DNA of 64,000 bases from a virus. Position 1 is the first letter of the stretch, and the number at the start of each line of letters is the position of its first letter. The translations under genes were made by a program, and so were the position numbers. Where the stretch lies: the IMG/VR virus record IMGVR_UViG_3300021093_003900, positions 1-64,000 of that record; one strand, given 5' to 3'. The notes beneath the pieces were generated by a model. It did no database searches and was not told where the DNA came from. It worked only from the letters and a program-made list of their open reading frames with translations. This document shows, in pieces, positions 45,814 through 56,221 of the stretch.

Positions 45814-46027
45814 AGTTATTCCTCAAATTATATTCGTGTAATACTTTGTTGTATAGATTTTCAACGTTGTCTAAATGTGTCGACAGATTGATAATCATTT
45901 GTTTGGTTTCCTCGAAATCCTCAGCTAAAAAATCCATAGCCTGAACCAATTCATTATTACCACTGGATTTAATCTCTGTAATAATACTGTTTAATTTATC
46001 AATATCAATTTTTGGCGTCTGTATCAT
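45806..46027 (-). CDS. small coiled-coil hypothetical protein
   Basis: 73 aa, translationally coupled with neighbours. Confidence 0.7.
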   Translation of the reverse strand: MIQTPKIDIDKLNSIITEIKSSGNNELVQAMDFLAEDFEETKQMIINLSTHLDNVENLYNKVLHEYNLRNNYE

Positions 46028-46028
46028 A

Positions 46029-48104
46029 TTACAAATTTAATCCAAATGCTTCAACTGGAGGTTGTGGTACCCCAAATCCTACAGCTGGTGGTAATGGTAC
46101 TAAAACACTTGTTTTTGAATTCAAGTATCGTTCCCTTTCTATCCCTTGTTGTGAACCGAAAAATGATTGTGTCATAAAGTTTGGTGCACCACTAGGCATC
46201 GCTCCAGTTGGAATTCCAACACTTTGAAACTCTTTGACTATTTCTAGATTTGCTCTGACTTCTGAGAAACCAGATCTGAATTTTGACAAAGGTAAAAATA
46301 TCGCTGGTATTTGTATTCTTGTACCCGCAAGTGCCACTTGAAATATTTGTTGGATCTCATCAATAATACTCTGACATCTTCGGTAATCTCCAAATAATTT
46401 GACCAATATTCCACCTACAGTTAGAAGTTGAAGAATTATAGCTTCTTTTTTGGAGCCATTTTCTTTCAGTTTTCTGATCAAAATTCTTAATAATAAAACA
46501 ATTTCTTTTTTTATTTCTTGAACCAATATCTTTAAAAATTTAGAAATCACTTTTGATGAAAGGTTGATAAATAATTTACTGAATATTACAGAAAATTGTA
46601 AAATGTTTGTAACTTTACTTAGTATTTGACGATATGTGGGTAAAATAGTCGCAAGCATTAAGTAAAAACCTAACAAAATTTTTGGTGATAGAATTGAAGA
46701 AAAAAATGCTTGTGGAATTTTCTTCAGTAATTCGGTATCCACAACCAATCTAAAATTCAAACCGGGTATAGAAACATTGTTTTGTAGATTATCAACAAAT
46801 GTACTTTCTACCGATTCAAATGCTTGTAGAATTTCTCCTGCGGTATTGGCACTCAAAACTAACAATATTTGGTTTGTGATTTCTTCATTATTTACTGGTA
46901 ATTTGATATTATCACAGTCTTGAAACTCAACAACCCCCTTTCTCAAATTTTCGATTGTGTAATCAATTTCCCTAAGATCGATTTCGTTAAATTGAAAAAA
47001 ACTAGCATCAACGTCTTGAGTTGGGGAAACCTTCGCAATACCAGACACATCGATTTCGTTTCTGTCATCGAAACATAAACCCAACACTCTTTGCAATAAT
47101 AATTGATATTTTCCTTTCAATTCAAGTTGTTGTGAGGATAAATTCATTTGTATACTTAAAGATCCACAAACTGAATCAAAAATTTGTCCAAATACATTTT
47201 GTAAATCAACAATCTCAAGTTTACCATAATAGTCCGTCAAAAATTGTGAAACGACATTATTTTGTGGTCTGTTAATTAAATCAATTTTGTAAAATGCGCC
47301 AGTGTTTCCTAAGTTATCAGTTGTTGTAAATTGTATATTGAATAGTGGTTGAGTTGAAACACCGTTAAAAAATTGTCCTGTCGTTGCAAAATATGATTGT
47401 CCGGGTGTTTGGGTTAATTCGTAGAGATCTTTATTAAAAGGGTATTTACCGTTTGTTTGTGTGGTGTATGGGACTCCAGTTTCGTAAAAAATTTTACCTA
47501 CTTTTGAGTTTGGATTAGTTTGTAACATACCAAACAAGTCAATTGATTGAACTGGTATGTACAATGAATCGGTATTCACCCCAACTTGATTTATTAAATT
47601 TGAGGTATCATTACCCAAAAAGGTTTGTTCTTGAGAACATCCTAGTTGATTAATAATTTCAGAAGTAAGTAGTTCTGGTAATTCTGATCGAACTTTATTA
47701 ATAACTTTTACAAAAATTTTCTTTACTGAATCAACTTTAGACTTTGCTTGATCCACTTTATTTTTTGCTTTATCTAACGAACTAGAGATTTGAGTCCCAA
47801 CCGAATTCACGCCACCTTCCACTGATCCGATAGCGGAAGTTACTTGCGAAGTTAGGGTTTGAACAGGAATTGTTTTTAAGATCTCAACAAGTTGTTCCAA
47901 TTTATTTTTTACTTGTCTTTGATATTCTTTCTTTTGATCCTGAATTTTTTTTAATTGTTCAACAAGTTTTTTTTCTCCGATTTCAAGATTGGATTGTCTT
48001 TTTTTGACAATTTCTTGTTTTTGGGTTTCAACTTCGTTATAAGCGGCAACAGCTTCTATTTCATCTCTGATACCTTGCCATTGTTGATCATATACACCAC
48101 CCAT
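46029..48104 (-). CDS. large hypothetical, probably structural, protein
   Basis: 691-aa ORF in the operon with the baseplate-like gene. Confidence 0.65.
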   Translation of the reverse strand: MGGVYDQQWQGIRDEIEAVAAYNEVETQKQEIVKKRQSNLEIGEKKLVEQLKKIQDQKKEYQRQVKNKLEQLVEILKTIPVQTLTSQVTSAIGSVEGGVNSVGTQISSSLDKAKNKVDQAKSKVDSVKKIFVKVINKVRSELPELLTSEIINQLGCSQEQTFLGNDTSNLINQVGVNTDSLYIPVQSIDLFGMLQTNPNSKVGKIFYETGVPYTTQTNGKYPFNKDLYELTQTPGQSYFATTGQFFNGVSTQPLFNIQFTTTDNLGNTGAFYKIDLINRPQNNVVSQFLTDYYGKLEIVDLQNVFGQIFDSVCGSLSIQMNLSSQQLELKGKYQLLLQRVLGLCFDDRNEIDVSGIAKVSPTQDVDASFFQFNEIDLREIDYTIENLRKGVVEFQDCDNIKLPVNNEEITNQILLVLSANTAGEILQAFESVESTFVDNLQNNVSIPGLNFRLVVDTELLKKIPQAFFSSILSPKILLGFYLMLATILPTYRQILSKVTNILQFSVIFSKLFINLSSKVISKFLKILVQEIKKEIVLLLRILIRKLKENGSKKEAIILQLLTVGGILVKLFGDYRRCQSIIDEIQQIFQVALAGTRIQIPAIFLPLSKFRSGFSEVRANLEIVKEFQSVGIPTGAMPSGAPNFMTQSFFGSQQGIERERYLNSKTSVLVPLPPAVGFGVPQPPVEAFGLNL

Positions 48105-48105
48105 T

Positions 48106-48477
48106 TCATTTGTTCATTTTGTATTTATCATCCTCAAATGATTCAACATCCTTCATAATTAATGATTGTAACATATCCTCATCAATATCGGTCAATGACA
48201 TATCTGATTGATGACTCAAAGATTTTTCCCAAATTGTAGACTGGAGCTTGGCCAACGTAAGTTTTTTTTCAACAACGTCATTTATGATTTTTTGTTGTTT
48301 TTCCAACACAGGACCTATATTCTGCATATCATCAGGTTCTTTTAAAAAAGACAACATTTTATTTTGAACTCTGATCGCTGTAGTTCTTTGTTCTACCAAT
48401 TCGTTGTAAATTTCCTGCATTAAAGCAAGAATTGAGTCCTTGGATAAATTGATTTCTTTTCTTCTAGGTGTTGCCAT
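48106..48477 (-). CDS. coiled-coil hypothetical protein
   Basis: 123 aa, TATTTA 5 nt upstream. Confidence 0.7.
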   Translation of the reverse strand: MATPRRKEINLSKDSILALMQEIYNELVEQRTTAIRVQNKMLSFLKEPDDMQNIGPVLEKQQKIINDVVEKKLTLAKLQSTIWEKSLSHQSDMSLTDIDEDMLQSLIMKDVESFEDDKYKMNK

Positions 48478-48503
48478 ACAAATAAATAGTTAAAACGCGA
48501 TAA

Positions 48504-49229
48504 TTAATCGATAAGTTTATTTAAAACACTTACATACAATTTTTTGAATTTTTTCATAGATGATCTTATTTCTTTGGTATTCAAATTTGTCATCTCTCGT
48601 ATTGAAAGTAATATAATATTTTTATTGTACTTATTATTTTCTGTACCTTCGAAATTAGTTTTATAATTTTCAAATAATTCCAAAAGTGAAATACCTAGTT
48701 TTATTTCGTTATCAGATAAATTTCGTTCATCCAAATAGATCTTAAGTTCAGAAATAAAAACTTGAATTATATCATCGGCTTCGTTTTTTTCATTTTCCAA
48801 GTAATAGACCATATCAGGTCGATTTTCTAAAGTAGACGATATATCTTCATATGAAATGTTTCGATTTGTATCTTTTTGGTCTTTTATAATTTGACCCATA
48901 AGATAATTTTTACAAATTGTACCGAAATAAGAGTAGGCTTTTTTGTTTTTGGCTGGTTTGAATTTTTCTACTTTTGTCATCAAAAACCCATGAGTGTCAT
49001 GATGAATTTCGTGGAAATCCATATCTTTACGATACAACTTATATCTCCTAATAATAGAAGATATCATTTTGTCTAAAGGAGCTTTTAAGTAGGTATTGTA
49101 GATTTCATTTTTTTCTTCAGCTGAGTCGGTCGCAAGAAATCTTAAGACCGCATCTTCTTCTCTTTGATCAAAATAGTTTTCTTTAGATACCTTTTTCTTT
49201 TCCTTTTTTTCTTCGTTTTCGATGGACAT
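48504..49229 (-). CDS. phage RNA polymerase sigma factor (T4 gp55-like, late transcription)
   Basis: NYF...E, KFKPAKNKKAYSYFGTICKNYL resembles sigma region 2 (FDP.K...AFSYFT.I..N). Confidence 0.7.
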   Translation of the reverse strand: MSIENEEKKEKKKVSKENYFDQREEDAVLRFLATDSAEEKNEIYNTYLKAPLDKMISSIIRRYKLYRKDMDFHEIHHDTHGFLMTKVEKFKPAKNKKAYSYFGTICKNYLMGQIIKDQKDTNRNISYEDISSTLENRPDMVYYLENEKNEADDIIQVFISELKIYLDERNLSDNEIKLGISLLELFENYKTNFEGTENNKYNKNIILLSIREMTNLNTKEIRSSMKKFKKLYVSVLNKLID

Positions 49230-50032
49230 TAACCCATTTGTAGTTCAAATTTTATGTTCCTGTCATCTTTAAAGTAAAACTCTTTCTTTGCACAAGCGAT
49301 CCAAAATTTAATTTCATCTTCTGTCATTAGAGAGGATCCATTTTTGTAGTTCCAGAAAATAGAACCTTCTCTCATCGTTGTGTGTTTGTAGCCAATTCTG
49401 GGAATTGTCATTATTTTGGCTGTGTTATATGTCATCCTCAACAATAACTCATAAACAAATGTCAATTTCATAGATGCTTTGAACCCTCCGTACTCTAGAA
49501 TACTTGATTTTTTAACCACACAACCAGACGTTTGAAAATTTTGGTATTGTAATAAAGTTTCATTTGATAAATACCCAATTTCTTGGGAGAAGTTTGCGGC
49601 AAAAGTTGCTTCATTTGTGAAACCAAGAAATACACCCTTATCATCAACATCAACTACGATTGGTAAAAACACATCTACCTCAGGGTAAAAATTAATATAT
49701 TTCTGAACGTTTCTGAACCATACATTAGAATATTCATCATCGAATTCAAAAAAACTTACATAAGTTGATTGTGCATTTTCAACGCCATGATTGAGTTGAG
49801 ATTGAAAATTTGGTTCCTTAGTGTACGGTAACAATTTAACATTCAAATTTTCAAAATTGTAGTTTTTTAATTTTTCGACTAAAGTTTCTTCTTCAGTATG
49901 AACAATAATTACTTCATTGAGGGATATGTCTTGAATTTGGAGGGATTTGATCGCCTTATCAAAGTATTCATCAAAATCTCTAACTAATCCTGATTTTATC
50001 GGTAATATTATAGTTATGTCTAAACTTTCCAT
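49229..50032 (-). CDS. glycosyltransferase family 2-like
   Basis: ITIILPI, LNHGVE, FFEFDDEY (DxD-like). Confidence 0.75.
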   Translation of the reverse strand: MESLDITIILPIKSGLVRDFDEYFDKAIKSLQIQDISLNEVIIVHTEEETLVEKLKNYNFENLNVKLLPYTKEPNFQSQLNHGVENAQSTYVSFFEFDDEYSNVWFRNVQKYINFYPEVDVFLPIVVDVDDKGVFLGFTNEATFAANFSQEIGYLSNETLLQYQNFQTSGCVVKKSSILEYGGFKASMKLTFVYELLLRMTYNTAKIMTIPRIGYKHTTMREGSIFWNYKNGSSLMTEDEIKFWIACAKKEFYFKDDRNIKFELQMG

Positions 50033-50033
50033 T

Positions 50034-51089
50034 TTAGTTTTCATTTAATTGGTTTAATTGTTGAAAGAAAAATTCCTTTCTTTTAAGTTGAAATTCGTTG
50101 AAAATTTTACTTACTTCAGTATCAAAACTTTCAGTCATTCTATAATTGTTAGCGGTAACTTCACCTTCACTGTATAATGTAGTAAGTACGCTATCTTCTA
50201 ACCATGTTTGAGCAAAGTCTGCAATCACATCAACAATTTGTAATGTATTTTCTACCCAGACACCATTTTTTTCATTCATCCACTCAGGTTTTAAATTTGG
50301 AATTTTACCAATTACAGGTATACCAGACGCCATACACTCAATAGGAAAAGTACCAAATGATGATGTTGGATCCAACCAAACACCTAAGAAAGCATCTTTC
50401 ATTGCATTTGAAAATTCTTCTTCACTCAATCCTCTGAGATCTCTGAAAGTAAAAAACCTAAATTGTGGATATTTGAGGTAAAAACTTTTGATTAAATTGA
50501 GACCATCACGTTGTTCTCTAGAGTGAACTAATATGATCGGTTTTGGTGGATGTGTTTGTTTAACAAAACAGTCTGAAATTGTTGGTTTTAGAATATCAAA
50601 AGATATATTTCTCATAATTTTGGAAATCTCATCTTTTTGTGTTTCTGAAGTCGCAATACATTTATAAAAACCGTATTGTTGCCAAGCAGCTCCAGGTGTC
50701 AATGTTTCTAGAACATGGTCATATGCTTGACAGAGTACAATTTTACCACAAGGTAAATTTTTTACTTGTTCCATAACAAATCCAAAAATTTCAGGTATAA
50801 CTAAAATATCTTCAGGAGCAATTTGTAAATTTGTACCTTCAATAACTTGAAACTCAAGACCTTCATATTTTTTGAATGACCAACTATCGATCGGTGTGTA
50901 ATCAGATTTTTCATACAACATAACTACCTTATAACCCTCTTTGGTTAGAGAATTGGCAATGTCGTAAATGAATCTGATGGATGCCTTAGCATTTCCTTTT
51001 GTGTCTTGGACAAAAAAATATATTTTGTTCGACTTGGTGTCTATATTGTAAAGAGACCTTTGTAGATTTTGTTTTAAATCTTCACTCAT
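50034..51089 (-). CDS. GT-B fold glycosyltransferase (GT4-like)
   Basis: ILVIPE; SSFGTFPIECMASGIPVIG signature. Confidence 0.75.
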   Translation of the reverse strand: MSEDLKQNLQRSLYNIDTKSNKIYFFVQDTKGNAKASIRFIYDIANSLTKEGYKVVMLYEKSDYTPIDSWSFKKYEGLEFQVIEGTNLQIAPEDILVIPEIFGFVMEQVKNLPCGKIVLCQAYDHVLETLTPGAAWQQYGFYKCIATSETQKDEISKIMRNISFDILKPTISDCFVKQTHPPKPIILVHSREQRDGLNLIKSFYLKYPQFRFFTFRDLRGLSEEEFSNAMKDAFLGVWLDPTSSFGTFPIECMASGIPVIGKIPNLKPEWMNEKNGVWVENTLQIVDVIADFAQTWLEDSVLTTLYSEGEVTANNYRMTESFDTEVSKIFNEFQLKRKEFFFQQLNQLNEN

Positions 51090-51091
51090 TT

Positions 51092-51358
51092 TTAAAGTTT
51101 TTGTATAAATTTATTGAATAACATTGTATTCCAAGCTAATCGAAATGAAACACTCAAATCTTGTGATTTACTGACCATTTTTTCATCGATTGGTTGCATT
51201 TCAGAAAAAACAACTTCAGTTAATGTTTTTATAACTTCGTATTTTATGACAGAAATATGTTGACTTTCACCAGTTCCTGAAAACTCAGGGCGATCGACGA
51301 AAGAATCAATCGCATTGATGTTCAAATAGTATTTTTCACCTAAAACGTCTAACATCAT
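51092..51358 (-). CDS. hypothetical phage protein
   Basis: 88 aa; FRLAWNTM motif. Confidence 0.7.
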   Translation of the reverse strand: MMLDVLGEKYYLNINAIDSFVDRPEFSGTGESQHISVIKYEVIKTLTEVVFSEMQPIDEKMVSKSQDLSVSFRLAWNTMLFNKFIQKL

Positions 51359-51951
51359 ATTAAATTTTTAATGTAATCATTTAATTCACCGATAGAATTT
51401 ATAGTAATATTGGTTTTTATTTCCGAATTATATGGTTTTTCGAATTTAATTAAAGTTTTATTTTTATTAATTTGTAATAATTCAGGTTCTGCCGTAACTA
51501 AAATATCAAATTCTTTCCAGATTTTTCTTTTATTCTTATGGTTGTAAAAAATTATTTTTTCAATTTCACATCCGAACTTGGATATAAAAAACAGAGTTGC
51601 TGGTTTACTTTTACCAACCTGTTTGGAAATTAATAAAAACTCAACTTTACCAAAATACTCCCTGTAAATTTCGTTTAAAATATGGAACGTACTCATCTCT
51701 GTCGATGGCGCATGTCCAAAAATTTGCATAGCGAATTCGTTATACATAAAGTTGTAATACTCTTCATCATTCTTAAAATTGAAATGATTTTTATAGTTAG
51801 ATGTATTGTATGGTTTATAGATTTCAAATTTAAAATCTTTGTCAACCAATTCTAATTCATCGATAAAGAATTTTTGATAGATCTGTTCTATTTTTTCGAA
51901 AGTGTCCCTCAGAACACCTTCAATATCAATTGCTATTCGAAATTTTGGCAT
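51355..51951 (-). CDS. HAD-superfamily 5'(3')-deoxyribonucleotidase-like protein
   Basis: RIAIDIEGVLRD motif I (variant), KPYN near the C-terminus; start MPKF. Confidence 0.6.
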   Translation of the reverse strand: MPKFRIAIDIEGVLRDTFEKIEQIYQKFFIDELELVDKDFKFEIYKPYNTSNYKNHFNFKNDEEYYNFMYNEFAMQIFGHAPSTEMSTFHILNEIYREYFGKVEFLLISKQVGKSKPATLFFISKFGCEIEKIIFYNHKNKRKIWKEFDILVTAEPELLQINKNKTLIKFEKPYNSEIKTNITINSIGELNDYIKNLI

Positions 51952-53062
51952 ATGTTTTTTTTTGTTGAACCATTTTGTTAATCCATTCGTATGTTTTTTC
52001 AATACCTTCTTTGAGTGGCATTGTACTTTCCCACCCAACTTTTTCTTTGTATAATTTATTATCGGAGTTTCTACCTCTGACCCCAGTTGGGCATTTAAAT
52101 CCGTATTTTTTTATAAACTCATCGCCATCAATATTAGTAATTTTGATATTCTTACCTGATATATTGATTGCAAGTTGTGCCAATTCATTAATTGAAACCA
52201 TTTCTTCTGACCCAATGTTCACTGGCCCTGTGAAATCGCTTTCCATTAATCTTAAAACCGCCTCAACACATTCCTCAACATACATAAATGATCGTGTTTG
52301 CTTACCATCACCCCAAACTTCAATTTCATAATCAGGTCTTGATTGTTCTTCGATTTTGATTGCATCATCGATTTCTGCGACTTTTCTACACATTGCTGCT
52401 GGTGATTTTTCTTTACCACCAATCCAAGTACCTTGTGGGCCAAAAATATTATGAAATCTTGCAATTCTAACATTAAGACCATAGTTTCGAGAAAATGCTA
52501 GATATAAACGTTCAGAAAAAAGTTTTTCCCAACCATACTCCGAATCTGGATTCGCTGGATATGCCGATGATTCTTCACAGTTTGGATTATCTGGATCTAG
52601 TTGATTATGTTCAGGATACATACAAGCCGAAGAAGAGTAAAATACTTTACCTACTTTTGTTTTGACAGCTTCATGAGCAACATTAAGATTTATTGTTGCT
52701 GAGTTATGCATTACATCCGCATCGTGATTACCTGTAAAAATGTATCCAGCACCACCCATATCTGCAGCAAGTTGGTAGACCTCATCAAAACCTTGGGTTT
52801 TCAGGAAAGGTTGTTTGAGATATTTGAATGGTTGTGGGTACCCACTATTGTTGACTTCTAATCTCATTATCGCTTCCACGTTATGAGAATCTCTTAAATC
52901 ATAGGTGAGAAATTCATCACATATTTCATTTTCAGGGAAGTATTCGTGTCGTTTTAAATCAACTACTCGTACATAATGTCCTTCGGACTTTAATCTTTTT
53001 GCTAGATGTCCTCCAATGAAACCTCCTCCACCGAGAACTAAAATATTTTTAAATTGTTTCAT
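51926..53062 (-). CDS. NAD-dependent epimerase, GDP-mannose 3',5'-epimerase-like
   Basis: GGGGFIG, LAADMGGAGYI, YSSSACMYP, YGWEKL, RFHNIFGP, EKSPAAMCRK, GVRGRNSDN. Confidence 0.88.
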   Translation of the reverse strand: MKQFKNILVLGGGGFIGGHLAKRLKSEGHYVRVVDLKRHEYFPENEICDEFLTYDLRDSHNVEAIMRLEVNNSGYPQPFKYLKQPFLKTQGFDEVYQLAADMGGAGYIFTGNHDADVMHNSATINLNVAHEAVKTKVGKVFYSSSACMYPEHNQLDPDNPNCEESSAYPANPDSEYGWEKLFSERLYLAFSRNYGLNVRIARFHNIFGPQGTWIGGKEKSPAAMCRKVAEIDDAIKIEEQSRPDYEIEVWGDGKQTRSFMYVEECVEAVLRLMESDFTGPVNIGSEEMVSINELAQLAINISGKNIKITNIDGDEFIKKYGFKCPTGVRGRNSDNKLYKEKVGWESTMPLKEGIEKTYEWINKMVQQKKTYAKISNSN

Positions 53063-53066
53063 AATA

Positions 53067-53639
53067 TTATTTAATATAAATAACTAATCTATCGGTTGGA
53101 TCTAGAACACTAGGCATTAACCAATAATCAATAATTTTTTTATTTTCAAATGTTCCTAATATTTTATCAATTGTCAGGGTTATTAGTGAATCATCTATTT
53201 GAACACTATGTCCCACACCAAATAATCGTACATCATCAATCAAAACCAACCCCAAATCACCAGTAAAATGTTTGTCAATAATACTACACTCTTGTAAAAC
53301 TGGAAAATCTATCTTACCTACCGAGGTACCAGGGCCAGAGTTGTGACCATCCAACCAAAATAAACTATTTCTAGGTTCTAATCTAAGTATGGTGCTAAGT
53401 ATGTCTATGGTATCTCCGTACATAACAGAAGTGTTAGATACCTCTTTGAATAACGCTTCGGCTCTATTATAAAGAGGCACATCAATTTCGATTGTGTATA
53501 CTTTCTCAAAAAGACTAGAAGCTAATTTTGTGGTTTCACCCATATATGTACCAGATTCAATGAATACTGGAAAATCCTGATATGTTTTGTCTATTTTATG
53601 TAGACATGTGTCTAGTAAATTTTTTTCTAAAGCTGGCAT
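53067..53639 (-). CDS. class I SAM-dependent methyltransferase-like protein
   Basis: FIESGTYMG, YTIEID, FWLDGH, LIDDVRLF. Confidence 0.7.
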   Translation of the reverse strand: MPALEKNLLDTCLHKIDKTYQDFPVFIESGTYMGETTKLASSLFEKVYTIEIDVPLYNRAEALFKEVSNTSVMYGDTIDILSTILRLEPRNSLFWLDGHNSGPGTSVGKIDFPVLQECSIIDKHFTGDLGLVLIDDVRLFGVGHSVQIDDSLITLTIDKILGTFENKKIIDYWLMPSVLDPTDRLVIYIK

Positions 53640-53726
53640 AAATTCGCGGTTTAATTAATTTTTATATTTTTAAAAAAAAATAAAAATATTCGAAACAAAG
53701 TAAATATGTTATTGAATCTTATCGAT

Positions 53727-54662
53727 TCAATTGAAGTATGTTCGGTACTCTTTGAAATACAAATTTGTATTTTCAGGTAAATGATCAGTAAAATTGTGTA
53801 TATTATCAATAAACTTTAAAGTATTTCGATAACCAATTATTTCGTTCTCTAAGTTACGAATAAGATCTTGAGGATTTCTTTCTTGATAGACTGAAGCTGA
53901 AGTAAAAATAACAGAGTTGGGATGATAAAATTGTTGAATGTATGCACCCCAAATGTCATCCATTCTTCCGACAAATGGTAAAACTGAATAATTTTTCAAT
54001 ACACTTCTGTGCAGAAAAGTATTTTGTGAATTATATGGTGTCATTTGGTGTGTTGTGAATGGGTCAAATTTTTCAAATTTTACAATTGGTTTTTTACTCA
54101 ATCTACAGATCGCATCAATATCTGGATCACCATCCCAAAATTCAGCTTGTACTAAGGGTACAATTTCAATCTTTCCTTTATATTCAATATCGTTTTTGAC
54201 TTTCAAGTATTCAATAGGAAATCCTCTGTGCCACAAATCATTGTGACTAGTGATAGACAATGGATCAAAGTACGAACAATTAATGTTTTCATAGAGATCG
54301 ACAATAACCTTTTGTCCAACATAAATTTGATCACCCCAAAAATCGTAAGGGATATTATCATCATCTACTGTTGCAACTATCTCAGCTTGATTGAGGTAAG
54401 CGTAAATAAAACCGATATTTCTTCTTTGTATAGTATTCCAACCAATTACGTTAGATATTTTTGGAAATAATGTGTCTTGTTGTTCGGGGGAAAGATAAAC
54501 TACATTTTTGTAGTTTTTTTCTAGTTTTCTATATTCATTATGTGGTGTTTTTTTATCACCAACTATTATAAACTGAAAACCTTTTTTGTCAGCAATCTCA
54601 CAAAATTTTAGTGTTGCTTTAGTCGGACTATTAATCGTTGTGGTAACTATAAACTTTATCAT
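53727..54662 (-). CDS. STELLO/DUF288-like (GT75-related) glycosyltransferase
   Basis: IVTTTINSPT, VGDKKTP, RRNIGF, VDDDN, DPDIDAI, NSQNT, RMDDIW. Confidence 0.8.
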   Translation of the reverse strand: MIKFIVTTTINSPTKATLKFCEIADKKGFQFIIVGDKKTPHNEYRKLEKNYKNVVYLSPEQQDTLFPKISNVIGWNTIQRRNIGFIYAYLNQAEIVATVDDDNIPYDFWGDQIYVGQKVIVDLYENINCSYFDPLSITSHNDLWHRGFPIEYLKVKNDIEYKGKIEIVPLVQAEFWDGDPDIDAICRLSKKPIVKFEKFDPFTTHQMTPYNSQNTFLHRSVLKNYSVLPFVGRMDDIWGAYIQQFYHPNSVIFTSASVYQERNPQDLIRNLENEIIGYRNTLKFIDNIHNFTDHLPENTNLYFKEYRTYFN

Positions 54663-55381
54663 ACAAATTCTGGTGAGGGTAAACACATACCGTCAGTCCT
54701 GCGATTATGACGTTGTGTTCTTTCATTTGTTCTATGATTATGATATGTTGGATATCTTATTGCGGCTGATTTTGGTTTAAATCCTGCTTCGTAAATTTTA
54801 TTCAGAAAGCAATTTTCCCCACCTTGATTACCTAGAAAACAACCAGATTCTGCTATAAACTTTTTTGTTTTCCAAGCCCACCCACAATGGGCACATGGAA
54901 CAAACGATCGTACAGTTTCGTCATTCATAAACCAATTTTTATCTATAATTTTTTGAGTATTAAACATATTAAGACCATCATTATCTGATTGTTTATAAGC
55001 TTCTGGAGACTGACCAATACTCGGATCTCTCATAGATCGATTTGTAAAAAGTAAAAAAACATTATCGTCACATTCAAAATTCATAATTTCTTCTCCGAAT
55101 GTCGTGTCGGAATTTGTAAAAAACTTAAAATCCGTATCACTCGATACTTCATTTGTAAAATCATATAACTGTTTCATGGATATCATTCCCGTTTTATTCA
55201 AGTTATGGACACATATTTTATCAGAATCATAATCTTTAAACTTGAGATAGTCTTCGTTTTCTTGACACCAAACGTGTATAACATCAAAAAATTTCGAATT
55301 CCACTCCAAAGTATTCTTTATTTCTCTTAATCTTTCGTCACTATTATAACGAAATCCATCAATACTTAAAATTTTACGCAT
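54659..55381 (-). CDS. hypothetical protein, possible GT-A glycosyltransferase
   Basis: FTNSDT and YHNH motifs; lies inside the glycan cluster. Confidence 0.5.
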   Translation of the reverse strand: MRKILSIDGFRYNSDERLREIKNTLEWNSKFFDVIHVWCQENEDYLKFKDYDSDKICVHNLNKTGMISMKQLYDFTNEVSSDTDFKFFTNSDTTFGEEIMNFECDDNVFLLFTNRSMRDPSIGQSPEAYKQSDNDGLNMFNTQKIIDKNWFMNDETVRSFVPCAHCGWAWKTKKFIAESGCFLGNQGGENCFLNKIYEAGFKPKSAAIRYPTYHNHRTNERTQRHNRRTDGMCLPSPEFV

Positions 55382-55384
55382 ACA

Positions 55385-56218
55385 CTAAATTTGTTCAATA
55401 TTAAATAAATATTCTCCTTTACCCCAATTTTCCGAGTTTTCAGTTTGTTGAAAATTCTGAATATATTTATGTTTATCATTACTAATTGTAACACCACCAG
55501 AACCATCACCGTGCCCATAATGGTTCATATGGAACACTGGTAAGTCCAATTTAGAAATGACCCCACACATAGCACCTTTCTTCATTAGGTTACTATCTGC
55601 AAAATTTCTGTAAATCATAGATTCTTCAAACCCCTTCATTTTGTACCATAAATTTCTGTGTGCAAGTTGATAGTCTCCACAACAAACAACAGTAGACCAC
55701 GGATCACCCACATCTTCAGGGATCCTATTTGCGTCAGGTTTTGCAAGATAATTTTGGAAATTAGTGATTAAATAATCACCAAAATCTTTATGATTTTGTA
55801 CACTTAAAAACTCATGTGGTTCCACATCTCTTCTAGGTGCGGCATACAAGGTGTTATGATCCAAAGAAGTTAAGTTTGGTCGATCAGCAATAATATCGAT
55901 GTTTGTTGATACAATAAAATCAGAAGTTGCAAGTCTTATACCAATATTTCGGGCTAAAACCTCGACAATTTGTATATTGGATAACCCTAAACCAAAATCC
56001 TCGATCATTTGTTTAGTTACTTCTATGTGTTTAAGTCTTCCTTTTTTTGGTACTAGTGATCTTATTTCTTCAATTAGAGACCTGTTCTCTGAATTCCAAT
56101 CTACATAAATAACTTCATCGTACCTTTCAATAAAATTTATTAAACATAGAGCACTACGATGATTTAAGTGTCCACCATAGTCATCATTTCTAGAAATTAT
56201 TACAGCAGTAATCGTCAT
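55385..56218 (-). CDS. GT-A fold glycosyltransferase-like protein
   Basis: SRNDDYGG, VDWNS, ARNIGIR, TNIDI, GDYQL, GFEE. Confidence 0.7.
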   Translation of the reverse strand: MTITAVIISRNDDYGGHLNHRSALCLINFIERYDEVIYVDWNSENRSLIEEIRSLVPKKGRLKHIEVTKQMIEDFGLGLSNIQIVEVLARNIGIRLATSDFIVSTNIDIIADRPNLTSLDHNTLYAAPRRDVEPHEFLSVQNHKDFGDYLITNFQNYLAKPDANRIPEDVGDPWSTVVCCGDYQLAHRNLWYKMKGFEESMIYRNFADSNLMKKGAMCGVISKLDLPVFHMNHYGHGDGSGGVTISNDKHKYIQNFQQTENSENWGKGEYLFNIEQI

Positions 56219-56221
56219 TTT

